Virus record (IMG/VR): IMGVR_UViG_3300037743_000223
Coordinates: 1-64,000 of that record
Origin: a virus
DNA length: 64,000 bases
Reading direction: 5' to 3' (one strand)
Shown: positions 31,211-40,112 of the stretch, one piece after another
Layout: every line of letters starts with the position of its first letter
Numbering within the stretch: position 1 is the stretch's first letter
Made by a program: the position numbers and the translations under genes
The notes under the pieces: model-generated
Seen by the model: only the letters and a program-made list of their open reading frames with translations
The model's database searches: none
Told to the model about the DNA's origin: nothing

Positions 31211-31468
31211 GTGACGCGAGCGAAGCAGTCGAGAAAGCCGCCGAAGACCCCCCTCGATCATGACCCCGAGGCCGTGACCTGGGCGCGGCAGGCCAAGGGC
31301 TGGACCCAAGCCGCACTCGCCCAGGCGATCGGGATCTCCGCCTCGCACATGTCGGAGATCGAAGCGGGGAGTCGCAACGCCACTCCCCGACTGCTGATCC
31401 TGCTGGCGGAAGCACTCAACTGCCCGGTCTCGGTACTGGAGCGCAAGCGTGACGGAGTCGCGGCATGA
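31211..31468 (+). CDS. Cro-like XRE-family HTH regulator
   Basis: GWTQAALAQAIGISASHMSEIEAGSRNATPRLLILLAEAL is a classic XRE HTH; start GTG 31211 (leaderless candidate) or TTG 31175. Confidence 0.75.
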   Translation: MTRAKQSRKPPKTPLDHDPEAVTWARQAKGWTQAALAQAIGISASHMSEIEAGSRNATPRLLILLAEALNCPVSVLERKRDGVAA

Positions 31469-31659
31469 CCGCCCCGAACGTCGCGCGGCCGGGCTGCTTC
31501 GCCGATCCGCTCCAGCTCCAGCTCGCCGCCCGGATCGTCCGTGCCTCGCTGGCCCGGCAAGGGCTGACCCTCGCGGACCTCGTGCCGGCCGACGCCAAGC
31601 CGGAGCTTGCCCCGGCTTCCCGGTCTCGCACTGCCCCGGACCGGAGGGCCGCCGCATGA
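31465..31659 (+). CDS. hypothetical protein (64 aa)
   Basis: ATGA overlaps at both ends; ORF track. Confidence 0.5.
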   Translation: MTAPNVARPGCFADPLQLQLAARIVRASLARQGLTLADLVPADAKPELAPASRSRTAPDRRAAA

Positions 31660-32537
31660 GCACCAAGACCCGAAAGGACGGCATGGCCAAGCAGCGGGAC
31701 GTTCACCCGGTCGCTGACCTGTTCCCGATGCTCGCCGATGACGAGCTGGCGGAGCTGGCCGCCGACATCAAGCAGCGCGGCCAGCTCCAGCCGATCGTGC
31801 TGGATACCGAGGGCCGCATCATCGATGGCCGGAACCGGCTAGCGGCGTGCGAGATGGCCGGAGTGAAGCCGGAGTTCACGACGTACGAAGGGGACGACCC
31901 GGACGGGTACGCGCTGGCGGTGAACATCGCCCGGCGACACCTGTCGACCGGCGCGCGGGCGATGATCGCGGCGAAGGCGGCCCGGCTGAACGGGAGAGGC
32001 CATCAGCGAGCTGCGGCCGAAAGTGCAGATCTGCACATTTCTCGGATTACTGAGGCGAGCGTCGTACTGGACTGGGCTCCGGACCTCGCTGACGCAGTGA
32101 TCACAGGCGCTAAGCCACTCTCGGTGGCCGTGGATACCGCGCGTGCCAAGAAGAAGGAAGCCGAGCTTCTGGCGGACAAGATGGACCGTCTGCGCGGTAG
32201 TGCCACCGACCTGCTCGCCCTTGTCGAAGAGGGGCGCATGGATGTAGACGACGCTACCGCTGCGCTCGATGCCCGCGAAGAGAAGGCGCGACAAGAAGCC
32301 GCCACCGTCGCCGCCCAGGAACGTGCCCTCGAAGCACAGCGGGAGAGCGAGCGCCGCGTTGCCGCCTCCAACCTGCGCAGCGTCCTCACCTACCTGACCT
32401 CGGTCAGCATCCCACCCGACCGGCTCGCCACCCAGGAGTACGGCGAGGTCGCCCACGAATTTGACCAAGGCGATCTGGACTACGCCGTCCAGACCATGAC
32501 CGCCATCGCACAGACCAAGAGGAACAGCAATGGCTAA
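31656..32537 (+). CDS. ParB/Srx N-terminal-domain protein (ParB-like nuclease domain)
   Basis: ATG 31656 after GGAGGG; ADIKQRGQLQPIVLD..GRIIDGRNRLAACEMAG matches the ParB N-domain GxxRxxA motif region. Confidence 0.7.
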   Translation: MSTKTRKDGMAKQRDVHPVADLFPMLADDELAELAADIKQRGQLQPIVLDTEGRIIDGRNRLAACEMAGVKPEFTTYEGDDPDGYALAVNIARRHLSTGARAMIAAKAARLNGRGHQRAAAESADLHISRITEASVVLDWAPDLADAVITGAKPLSVAVDTARAKKKEAELLADKMDRLRGSATDLLALVEEGRMDVDDATAALDAREEKARQEAATVAAQERALEAQRESERRVAASNLRSVLTYLTSVSIPPDRLATQEYGEVAHEFDQGDLDYAVQTMTAIAQTKRNSNG

Positions 32538-33003
32538 GGCGAACTGGCACCCCGAGGACTACGAGCGCTACAACGAGCTGCTGGAGTCCACCCGCGACAC
32601 CGAGGGTGTCGTCCACCGCGATCAGGCGATGAAGAAGCTCGCGGAGGAGTTAGCCGAACGGCGGGAACGGGTAGCCGAGTATGCGGCCTCACGTGCGAAG
32701 GAGGTAGCCGACGGGTTCGACAACACCCACAAGCCGGAGACCCAGGACGGTCAGATGGCGCTCGGGATCGAGACCTATCTGATCATCGGCGAGAACGAGC
32801 GAGTCCGGGTGGACCGGGCCAGCGGGAAGCACACCCGGCAATGGCTGGACATCCAGAACATCGCCAAGGCCAAGCATGACGCCGCCCACGCGGCGAAGAC
32901 CCTGCATGGGTACAGGCTGCTGGCGATCCAGGACGAGCGCGGCTGCTCAATGTGGGAAGCCGAGGAGATCCTCAGGAGCGGGCGCAGCGGGAGCACCCGG
33001 TGA
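32530..33003 (+). CDS. hypothetical protein (157 aa)
   Basis: ORF track; overlaps upstream stop; lower-GC codons than neighbours. Confidence 0.55.
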   Translation: MAKANWHPEDYERYNELLESTRDTEGVVHRDQAMKKLAEELAERRERVAEYAASRAKEVADGFDNTHKPETQDGQMALGIETYLIIGENERVRVDRASGKHTRQWLDIQNIAKAKHDAAHAAKTLHGYRLLAIQDERGCSMWEAEEILRSGRSGSTR

Positions 33004-33073
33004 GCCACCCCGCCGAAGGTGCACGGCGACGTTTCGAGGACCTGCGTCCATCACCGTCTGACGAGGTGGCCTG

Positions 33074-33241
33074 ATGCCCCCGACCACCCGCCGCTTCTCG
33101 TCTGCCCGTCTGAACCTGGCGGTGTGGTCCGCCTCCGCTGGCCGGCTGGTCGATGACCTGGTCTGGGGTGTCCGCGCTGGTGCGGTAGCCGGGCCGTTCG
33201 TGTGGCTGCTGGGTGCCGGCCTGGGGTGGTGGACGGTGTGA
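33074..33241 (+). CDS. small membrane protein (55 aa)
   Basis: Not in ORF track; ATG 33074, TGA 33239-41 overlaps next GTG; high GC3; C-terminal TM. Confidence 0.4.
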   Translation: MPPTTRRFSSARLNLAVWSASAGRLVDDLVWGVRAGAVAGPFVWLLGAGLGWWTV

Positions 33242-33804
33242 CCGCGTTCGGGGAGTGGGCGTTGGCGGCCGGTCTGCTGCTGGTGGCCTACGGCGGGGGG
33301 CTGGTCGTGTACGTGGCCGCCCGGCCGCGTCGCCGCCCGCAGCAGCCCCCGGCCCGCCGGCCGGGTCGCCACCTTCCGGCGGGCCGGGCCGCCTGGCGTC
33401 CGGTGGCGTACGAGCCCGACCGTCTGACACTCGTGTTCCCCCGGGCGGCCACACCACCTGCGGCAGGGCAGCAAAGCCAGCGGAAGGGCCTCGATCATCC
33501 GACGGCCGGCCGGCCCACATACTCCCGGCTCGATGGCGCGTCCCAGACCGCGCCTCGCCGGGTGCCGGTGGCCGGTGTCCCCGAGGGGTGGGCACCGGCC
33601 ACCACCCGCACTCCCGTCCCGGGCCGTGCCGCGCGCACAGTCCCGCGTCACGTCGTGACCACCACGCCTGTAGGCCACCGGCCGGACGGGGTTGGGGTCA
33701 CGCCGGCGCACCGCAGTGACCGGGCATCGAGCCCGGGGCGGGCCTACGTAGGAGCCCACCAGACGTGGGCGCGCCCTGCCGCAGGTGGTGCGGCAGGGCG
33801 CTAG
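33238..33804 (+). CDS. membrane-anchored Pro/Arg-rich protein
   Basis: GTG 33238; TM WALAAGLLLVAYGGGLVVYVAA then low-complexity region. Confidence 0.4.
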   Translation: MTAFGEWALAAGLLLVAYGGGLVVYVAARPRRRPQQPPARRPGRHLPAGRAAWRPVAYEPDRLTLVFPRAATPPAAGQQSQRKGLDHPTAGRPTYSRLDGASQTAPRRVPVAGVPEGWAPATTRTPVPGRAARTVPRHVVTTTPVGHRPDGVGVTPAHRSDRASSPGRAYVGAHQTWARPAAGGAAGR

Positions 33805-33833
33805 GGATCACCAACGGAAAGGAGCTGATCCCC

Positions 33834-33998
33834 GTGGCACAGGTTACAAGGTCCGGGACGGTGTACCGGTCCCGGACGGCCGGCCGGGCACTGACCCGCC
33901 GCCGGTACTCGACCCTGGGCAATGCGGTTCTGGCGGTGCTGTTCCTGGCCGCCATCACGCTGGCGGCCTGGCCGCCGGCCCTGGAGTGGGTCCGGTGA
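33834..33998 (+). CDS. small membrane protein (54 aa)
   Basis: GTG 33834 after GGAAAGGAG; C-terminal TM. Confidence 0.5.
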   Translation: MAQVTRSGTVYRSRTAGRALTRRRYSTLGNAVLAVLFLAAITLAAWPPALEWVR

Positions 33999-34267
33999 CC
34001 GGCGTGGAGCGGTGCCGAGTGCCCGGCTGCGGCGCCCAGATGGACGGCGTCCGGTGTGCCCGGGAGCAGGCACGGGAGGCGGCCCGGGAGCAGGTCCGCC
34101 ACCACCTCAACGGTCCCACGCCGCACGGGCGGGCCGACTCCTTGGCCGCCCAGGTCCGGCGGGTCCTGGACTCGCAGTACGGCTACCGGGACGCGGCCTC
34201 CCGGCTGGCGGCGATCGACACGCTGTTGACCCGCGTCGGCTACGCACCGCCGGGAGGTGCCCGGTGA
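33995..34267 (+). CDS. hypothetical protein (90 aa)
   Basis: GTGA overlap at 33995; high GC3. Confidence 0.5.
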   Translation: MTGVERCRVPGCGAQMDGVRCAREQAREAAREQVRHHLNGPTPHGRADSLAAQVRRVLDSQYGYRDAASRLAAIDTLLTRVGYAPPGGAR

Positions 34268-34554
34268 GCCGGCTCTACGACTGGTGGCGATTCCGCGACG
34301 TGGACGCCACCGACATCGAGATAGGCACGTCCGGTGATGAGGGCTACCTCATCGTGCATACCCGCTCCCGGTTCAAGCGCGTCATGCACATCACCGTCGA
34401 CCGGGCCGAGCTGCTCGGCCTCGCGGAGATGATCCGCGAGGCCGAGTCCGATGAGCCGATCTGCCCGATGAGCCCGGAGGAGTTCGAGGCCCTCCTGGCC
34501 CGGCACGCCAAGCCCGCCGAGCCCGCCGCCGAGCAGGCGGGAGGTGCGCGGTGA
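34264..34554 (+). CDS. hypothetical protein (96 aa)
   Basis: GTGA overlap at 34264. Confidence 0.55.
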   Translation: MSRLYDWWRFRDVDATDIEIGTSGDEGYLIVHTRSRFKRVMHITVDRAELLGLAEMIREAESDEPICPMSPEEFEALLARHAKPAEPAAEQAGGAR

Positions 34555-35009
34555 CCGCCCGGCTGATCCCCCATACAAGCGGCCCCGCGCTACTGGCCCG
34601 ATACGGCAGCCACGCAGCGGGCCGCGCCAAGGCGCGGGAACACATCGAGCGTGAGATACGCGACGGCGCGCGGCAACTGCTGGCGGACAGCCTGCACGCG
34701 GCAGGCAGGTCATGGCGCTGCAGATCGGATGACCACAGCTGCGCCAATGACGGCTCCGGCTGCCTGTGCGCATGCCATGACGGGTCGGAAACCCCGGCTG
34801 TGGACCGGTGGCCGGATACGGACCTGGGTGGTGTCGCCCGGGTCGTCGGCTGGCGTCTGCCGGACCGCGACGACGACCAGTCGGCATGGGCGGACCACCT
34901 CGGGTGGCAGGCCACATGCCAGGCGGCGGCGATCGACGACTACCTGGCCGAGACCCGTGCCGCCGCAGCCCGCGTCGCGGCGCTGGCCCGGGGGGGTGCG
35001 ACGCGATGA
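34551..35009 (+). CDS. hypothetical Cys-rich protein (152 aa)
   Basis: GTGA overlap at 34551; ORF track. Confidence 0.55.
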   Translation: MTARLIPHTSGPALLARYGSHAAGRAKAREHIEREIRDGARQLLADSLHAAGRSWRCRSDDHSCANDGSGCLCACHDGSETPAVDRWPDTDLGGVARVVGWRLPDRDDDQSAWADHLGWQATCQAAAIDDYLAETRAAAARVAALARGGATR

Positions 35010-35215
35010 GCCAGGTGAGTGGTCTGCCTGCCGGCGCCGACCGGCTGTTGACACCAGCCGAGGTGGCCGCGCTGTTTCACGTGTCGCCGAAGACTGTGAC
35101 CCGCTGGGCGGTGGCGGGCCGGATCGGCAGCCTGAAAACCCCGGGTGGCCACAACCGGTTCCGCGAGTCCGAAGTGTACGCGCTGCTGGAGGGCGGTGAG
35201 ACCCATGCCAGCTGA
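35006..35215 (+). CDS. excisionase-family / BldC-like HTH DNA-binding protein
   Basis: ATGA overlap at 35006; LLTPAEVAALFHVSPKTVTRWAVAGRIGSLKTPGGHNRFRESEV. Confidence 0.7.
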   Translation: MSQVSGLPAGADRLLTPAEVAALFHVSPKTVTRWAVAGRIGSLKTPGGHNRFRESEVYALLEGGETHAS

Positions 35216-35441
35216 GACCGCGAGCGGCCTTATGTGGGCGGAGAGGCCCGTGGCCACCTACGTGCTTGCCCCGGCCAACGGGCGGCGGTGTGTGGCGTTC
35301 GCCCGCCGCCGGCCCTCCGACCAGCTGTGGGAGGTCAAACAGTGCGGGACGGGCCGCACCGTGTTCGAGTTCCCGGACCGGGAAGCCGCGCATGTGAAGC
35401 TGCGGCAGCTGGTCGGGCTGCCGCCCGGTGATGGGTCATGA
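35205..35441 (+). CDS. hypothetical protein (78 aa)
   Basis: ATG 35205 overlapping upstream gene end; ORF track frame. Confidence 0.5.
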   Translation: MPAETASGLMWAERPVATYVLAPANGRRCVAFARRRPSDQLWEVKQCGTGRTVFEFPDREAAHVKLRQLVGLPPGDGS

Positions 35442-35758
35442 CCTCCCGGGTGTGCGAGTGCGGGGAGTGGACCTACGCCCCGGTGTGCGGCGGCCCGTGC
35501 CGCCGGCCGGCCTGCCGCCGGTGCATGCTCCCCGCCGGATCTGCGGAGTGCTGCACGGCGGAGACGCTGGCCGGGATGGTGCGCACCCGGCAGTGCGGCC
35601 ACCGGGTTGAGGATCCGCCGTGTGGCTGCGGCCGGCGGCGGCCTGACGTGGGCCAGCGGGCCGGCTACCGGCACGGGAAGCGGGTGCCGATTCCCGTCGC
35701 GGCCACCGTCACACTGCTGGCCGGCACCGCCCAGTACCGCGGGATGTGGACGCGGTGA
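35438..35758 (+). CDS. Cys-rich hypothetical protein
   Basis: ATGA overlap at 35438; multiple CxxC-like pairs. Confidence 0.5.
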   Translation: MTSRVCECGEWTYAPVCGGPCRRPACRRCMLPAGSAECCTAETLAGMVRTRQCGHRVEDPPCGCGRRRPDVGQRAGYRHGKRVPIPVAATVTLLAGTAQYRGMWTR

Positions 35759-35934
35759 GGCTGCACGTGCCCCACCCGCGCCGGGCTGCTGAGCAGCGGC
35801 GGCTGGTGCGGCAGCAGCGGGCCGCCCGGGTACGTCGCGCGGTGCGGCAGGCGCACCTGGCCGACCGGACCGCGGTCTACGACTGGGAGGCGGAGCTGGA
35901 GCTGCGCCGGCGGCAGCGGGGAGGTTCCAGGTGA
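35746..35934 (+). CDS. small Arg-rich protein
   Basis: ORF track; start 35746 or GTG 35755; coupled to helicase start. Confidence 0.4.
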   Translation: MDAVRLHVPHPRRAAEQRRLVRQQRAARVRRAVRQAHLADRTAVYDWEAELELRRRQRGGSR

Positions 35935-37340
35935 CCGCGCTCGCCTATCAGGACTTCCTGGTCGCCAAGCGCTGGCGTCCACCTGAGTCGGGCATCCCCT
36001 GCAAGCCCGACGATGTGTCACCGGCCCTGTTCGACTTCCAGAGGCACATCGTCGCCTGGTCGGTGACCCGCGGCCGGGCGGCGGTCTGGGCGGACACCGG
36101 CCTCGGGAAGACGCGAATCAGCCTGGAGTGGCTGCGTGCGGTGCTGCAGGTGGTCGGCGGGAAGGGGCTGATCCTGGCGCCGCTTGGGGTGGCCGCGCAG
36201 ACCGTGGCTGAGGGCGCCGTGGTCGGCGTTCCGGTGCGTTACGTGCGCGACCAGCCCGAGGCGGACGCCGCCGACGAGCGGGTCGTCATCAGCAACTACG
36301 AACGGCTGCACCTGCTCGACCCGGCCGCGTACACCGCAGTAGTCCTGGACGAGTCCTCGATCCTGAAGGCGTACTCGGGTCCGCTGAAGCGCGCCCTGGT
36401 GGCGGCGTTCCGGCAGACCCCGTACCGACTGGCCTGCACCGCGACCCCGGCGCCGAACGACCTGGAGGAGCTGTGCAACCACGCCGACTTCCTCGGGGTG
36501 ATGAGCCCAGCCGAGATGCGCTCCACGTTCTTCATCGCCGACAGCCGGGGCGAGTTCATGCGCTACCGGATCAAGGGCCACGCCAAGCAGGCGTTCTACG
36601 ACTGGCTGGCGTCGTGGGCGATCGCCTGCCGCACTCCGGATGACCTCGGGTTCGACGGCACCGCCTACAAGCTGCCGCCGCTGGAGATCACCGACCATCT
36701 GGTACCCACGGAGTGGGCGGCCGAGGGGGAGTTGTTCACTCCGCGGCTGGAGGGTGTGACGCAGCGGGCGCAGGTCCGCAGGGACACGTTGGAGCAGCGC
36801 ATCTCCCGGGCCGTGGAGATCGTGGAGTCGGCGCCGGGCGAGCAGTGGATCATCTGGTGCGGCCTGAACAACGAGGCAGACGGGATCACTGCTGAGATCG
36901 ACGACGCGGTGAACGTGCAGGGCTCCGACGACTCCGACATCAAGGCGGCCCGGCTGGCCGACTTCGCCGCCGGGCGGGTCCGGGTGCTGGTTACGAAGGT
37001 CAAGATCGCCGGGTTCGGGCTCAACCTGCAGCGGTGTGCCCGGATGGTCTTCTGCGGACTGTCGGACAGCTACGAGGCGTACTACCAGGCGATCCGCCGC
37101 TGCTACCGGTTCGGGCAGACCCGGCCGGTGCAGGTGCACATCGTGCTGGCCGACGTGGAGCGGGTGATCGCCGACAACGTGCGCGCCAAGGAGACGACCG
37201 CGCGGCGGATGACCGCCGGCCTGGTCAGCGCGATCGCAGCCGAGAACCGCCGGCAGCTGTTCGCCGGGACATCCAAGGGCGACACATACGAGCCGAACCG
37301 GCCGCTGGCTGTCCCTGACTGGCTGAGGAGCGCAGCATGA
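35931..37340 (+). CDS. SNF2/DEAD-like superfamily 2 helicase
   Basis: Motif I ADTGLGKT, motif II VLDESS, motif VI QAIRRCYRFGQ. Confidence 0.8.
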   Translation: MTALAYQDFLVAKRWRPPESGIPCKPDDVSPALFDFQRHIVAWSVTRGRAAVWADTGLGKTRISLEWLRAVLQVVGGKGLILAPLGVAAQTVAEGAVVGVPVRYVRDQPEADAADERVVISNYERLHLLDPAAYTAVVLDESSILKAYSGPLKRALVAAFRQTPYRLACTATPAPNDLEELCNHADFLGVMSPAEMRSTFFIADSRGEFMRYRIKGHAKQAFYDWLASWAIACRTPDDLGFDGTAYKLPPLEITDHLVPTEWAAEGELFTPRLEGVTQRAQVRRDTLEQRISRAVEIVESAPGEQWIIWCGLNNEADGITAEIDDAVNVQGSDDSDIKAARLADFAAGRVRVLVTKVKIAGFGLNLQRCARMVFCGLSDSYEAYYQAIRRCYRFGQTRPVQVHIVLADVERVIADNVRAKETTARRMTAGLVSAIAAENRRQLFAGTSKGDTYEPNRPLAVPDWLRSAA

Positions 37341-38242
37341 CCGACCGCATCATGGACCAGGCCAGCGGCGACAGCTGGACCCTCTACAACGGCGACTCGG
37401 CCGAGGTGCTACCGGATCTGCCCGATCGCTCGGTGGACCTGGCCGTGTTCTCGCCCCCGTTCTCGTCGACATACACGTACTCGCCCAGCGACCGGGACCT
37501 CGGCAACGTCCCCAACGACGACGTGTTCTGGCAGCAGTTTGCCTACATCTCCCGCGAGCTGCTGCGGCTCATGCGTCCCGGCCGGCTGGTCGCCGTCCAT
37601 GTCGCCAACCTGCCCGCCTACGAGAACACCCACGGCTACTCCGGACGCCGCGACTTCCGCGGCGCCACCATCCGCCACTTCCAAGAGATGGGCTTTCACT
37701 ACCACTCCGAGGTGTGCATCGACAAGAATCCGCAGGCGCAGGCAATCCGCACCCACTCCAAGGGGCTGCTGTTCGTACAGCTCCAGCGGGATGCCGCAGC
37801 AATGTGGCAGGCGTGGGCCGACTACGTCGTGGTCATGCGGGCGCCCGGAAGGAACGACACCCCGGTCCGATCTGACCTCAGCCAGAACGAGTGGATCGAG
37901 TGGGCACGGCCGGTGTGGCAGGGCATTCGTGAGACTGACGTCCTGGGGGCACACGAGGCGCGGGAGAACGACGACGAGCGGCACCTGTGCCCATTGCAGC
38001 TCCCGGTGATCGAGCGGTGCGTCCGACTCTGGTCGGCACCCGGTGAGGTGGTGCTGTCCCCGTTTGCCGGGATCGGCAGCGAGGGTGTGGGGGCGCTGCG
38101 GCACAGCCGCCGCTTCGTCGGCGTGGAGCTGAAACCGGCCTACTTCCGTGTCGCGTCGCGGAATCTTCGCGCGGCGGAACGGGCCAAGTACGACGGCACC
38201 CTGTTCGACCACCTCGACGAGGTGGCGGGGGTGGTCCGGTGA
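37337..38242 (+). CDS. DNA methyltransferase (beta-class N6-adenine or N4-cytosine)
   Basis: Motif IV DLAVFSPPF near N-terminus and motif I SPFAGIGSEG near C-terminus. Confidence 0.8.
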   Translation: MTDRIMDQASGDSWTLYNGDSAEVLPDLPDRSVDLAVFSPPFSSTYTYSPSDRDLGNVPNDDVFWQQFAYISRELLRLMRPGRLVAVHVANLPAYENTHGYSGRRDFRGATIRHFQEMGFHYHSEVCIDKNPQAQAIRTHSKGLLFVQLQRDAAAMWQAWADYVVVMRAPGRNDTPVRSDLSQNEWIEWARPVWQGIRETDVLGAHEARENDDERHLCPLQLPVIERCVRLWSAPGEVVLSPFAGIGSEGVGALRHSRRFVGVELKPAYFRVASRNLRAAERAKYDGTLFDHLDEVAGVVR

Positions 38243-38388
38243 GCCTGGTGGAGCGGCAGTTGGCCCGGGAGCTGGTGGTGCTGCGGTGCGAGTTGCGGCA
38301 CGGCCACCGGCGGCGGGTGGCCCAGCTGCGGATGGCTATGGCCGCCCGGCTGCGGGCCATCCCCGCGCGGGGCAGGTGGGCGCGGTGA
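38239..38388 (+). CDS. small Arg-rich protein (49 aa)
   Basis: Not in ORF track; GTGA overlaps at both ends. Confidence 0.4.
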   Translation: MSLVERQLARELVVLRCELRHGHRRRVAQLRMAMAARLRAIPARGRWAR

Positions 38389-38663
38389 CCCGGGAGGAGC
38401 TGCTGGCCCGGCACCCGGTCCCAGCGCCGCAGACGCTCGCGGACCTGGACCCGCTGGAGCGGGTGTGGACGGAGCACGTCGACTTCGCCGCAGTAGCGCA
38501 CCGGAAGGCCGCCGACCGGACCGCCGTGTGTGGTGCGCGGCTGCTGGAGTGGCCGGCCCTGGCCGGTGACCTGGCGGTGCTCCACGGCGGCCTGTGCCAG
38601 GCCGGCTGCTGGACGACCGAGACTCCCACCGGCACGGCGCCGGCGGGCAGGAAAGGAAAGTGA
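38385..38663 (+). CDS. hypothetical protein (92 aa)
   Basis: GTGA overlap at 38385; high GC3. Confidence 0.5.
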   Translation: MTREELLARHPVPAPQTLADLDPLERVWTEHVDFAAVAHRKAADRTAVCGARLLEWPALAGDLAVLHGGLCQAGCWTTETPTGTAPAGRKGK

Positions 38664-39541
38664 TGATCCACAAGAGACTGGCTGGTGCCGTGGTGGTGCT
38701 GGCCCTGGCGGGTGTCGGGCTGCTGCTCGGCGGCGGCCCGGCGGCTGCGAACCACAACGGCGTGACCGTGGAGGTCGACACGTCGGCTGGGCCGTGCGGC
38801 GAGACCGTGTTCACCACCGGGTGGCAGATCGGGGAGCACCAGGTAGACAACACGGTGCTGGTGGTGCGGATCGACGGACAGGTCAAGACCGCGCTAGTGG
38901 GTACGCCGCTGGCGGTCGGCCCGCACGCTCAGCCGACCACGGTCGAGTGGCGGGTGTGGGGTGGTGGGGAGCGGGACTATGACGACCCGCCGTTGACCGA
39001 CCTGGACGCTCTGCTGGCCTACCTGGTGATCAACCCGGACGGGGTGCTCGACGTGGACGCACCCGGTGTGGCCTGGCACAGGCTGTACGTCGATGGCTGC
39101 GCGGCGCCGCAAGCGCCGGAGCTGATCCCTGCCGACTGCGACACGCTGGCCGAGCTGGTGGTGCCGGAGGTTGAGGGTGTGGTTTACAGCCACACCTCCG
39201 GACCGCTGAACCCGGGCACCACCGTCGTGACCGCCGAGCCGGCTGATGGGTACGCGTTCGAGCCGGACGCGGAGACCGAGTGGGAGTTCGTGGTCAACGC
39301 GGTGCCGGGCTGCCCGGGTGAGCCCGGTCAGGACGGTCAAGACGGCGCGGACGGTGCCGATGGCGCCGGCGGCGCAGGCGGCACGGACGAGCCGGGGCTG
39401 CCGGTAACCGGCAGCCCGGTGACCAACCTGGTCGCTGCCGCCGGCGGGTTCGGCGCTGCCGGGGTGGCCGCTGTGGTGCTGCCGGTGTGGTGGCAGCGGC
39501 GGCGGCGCAACGCCCTACTCGAATCGGCCGGGGTCGAGTAG
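38663..39541 (+). CDS. secreted LPXTG-anchored surface protein with short collagen-like G-x-x run
   Basis: ATG 38663 after AGGAAAGGAAAG; signal peptide; GEPGQDGQDGADGADGAGGAGG; LPVTG plus TM plus RRRR. Confidence 0.7.
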   Translation: MIHKRLAGAVVVLALAGVGLLLGGGPAAANHNGVTVEVDTSAGPCGETVFTTGWQIGEHQVDNTVLVVRIDGQVKTALVGTPLAVGPHAQPTTVEWRVWGGGERDYDDPPLTDLDALLAYLVINPDGVLDVDAPGVAWHRLYVDGCAAPQAPELIPADCDTLAELVVPEVEGVVYSHTSGPLNPGTTVVTAEPADGYAFEPDAETEWEFVVNAVPGCPGEPGQDGQDGADGADGAGGAGGTDEPGLPVTGSPVTNLVAAAGGFGAAGVAAVVLPVWWQRRRRNALLESAGVE

Positions 39542-39558
39542 GCCCGGCCGCTGGGTCT

Positions 39559-39586
39559 GCGTCCGCTGGCACGGGGCAGCGGACGC
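39559..39586 (+). terminator. hairpin terminator after LPXTG gene
   Basis: 10-bp perfect stem GCGTCCGCTG / CAGCGGACGC, 8-nt loop. Confidence 0.55.
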
Positions 39587-39623
39587 GGGCCGAACGACCG
39601 GACCGAGCAGAAAGGACACGACG

Positions 39624-39845
39624 GTGTGGAAGACGGCGATGCCGGGGAGCCCGGCAGCCAGCCCGGTCATGGGCTGGCGGCGATCCAGATTTTGCGACTC
39701 CAACGCCTGTATCGAGGCGTCGGCCGGCACCCGGACGGTGATGCTGCGGGACTCGACCCGGCCGTGCGGCGGGGTGCTGGTGGTCGCCGCGGACGACTGG
39801 CGGCAGATGCTGGCCGGGATCCGCGCCGGCCGGTGGGACCGGTGA
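39624..39845 (+). CDS. DUF397 domain protein
   Basis: WRRSRFCDSNACIEASAG...VMLRDSTRPCGGVLVV..DDWRQMLAGIRAGRWD matches the DUF397 pattern; start uncertain. Confidence 0.7.
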   Translation: MWKTAMPGSPAASPVMGWRRSRFCDSNACIEASAGTRTVMLRDSTRPCGGVLVVAADDWRQMLAGIRAGRWDR

Positions 39846-40111
39846 CCGCCTGGCAGATCGTTGGCGTGCTGTACGCCGTGGTGCTGGGGCTGGCCGGTGT
39901 TGCCGGGCTCGGCGGGTGGTGGCACCGGCCAGAGGTTCGGGCCCGCCGCCGGCAGCGGCGGGCCGACCGGGCGCGGGTGCGCGCCGAGGTGGCCGAATGG
40001 CTGACCTTCGCCGGCATCGCCGGCCGGATGCCGGATGTGGCCGAGCGGGGCCGGCGGGTCGCAGCCGCCGACCCGTACCTGATCCCACAGCAGCGTGAAG
40101 GGGAGGAGTGA
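39842..40111 (+). CDS. small membrane protein
   Basis: GTGA overlap at 39842; N-terminal TM. Confidence 0.5.
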   Translation: MTAWQIVGVLYAVVLGLAGVAGLGGWWHRPEVRARRRQRRADRARVRAEVAEWLTFAGIAGRMPDVAERGRRVAAADPYLIPQQREGEE

Positions 40112-40112
40112 C

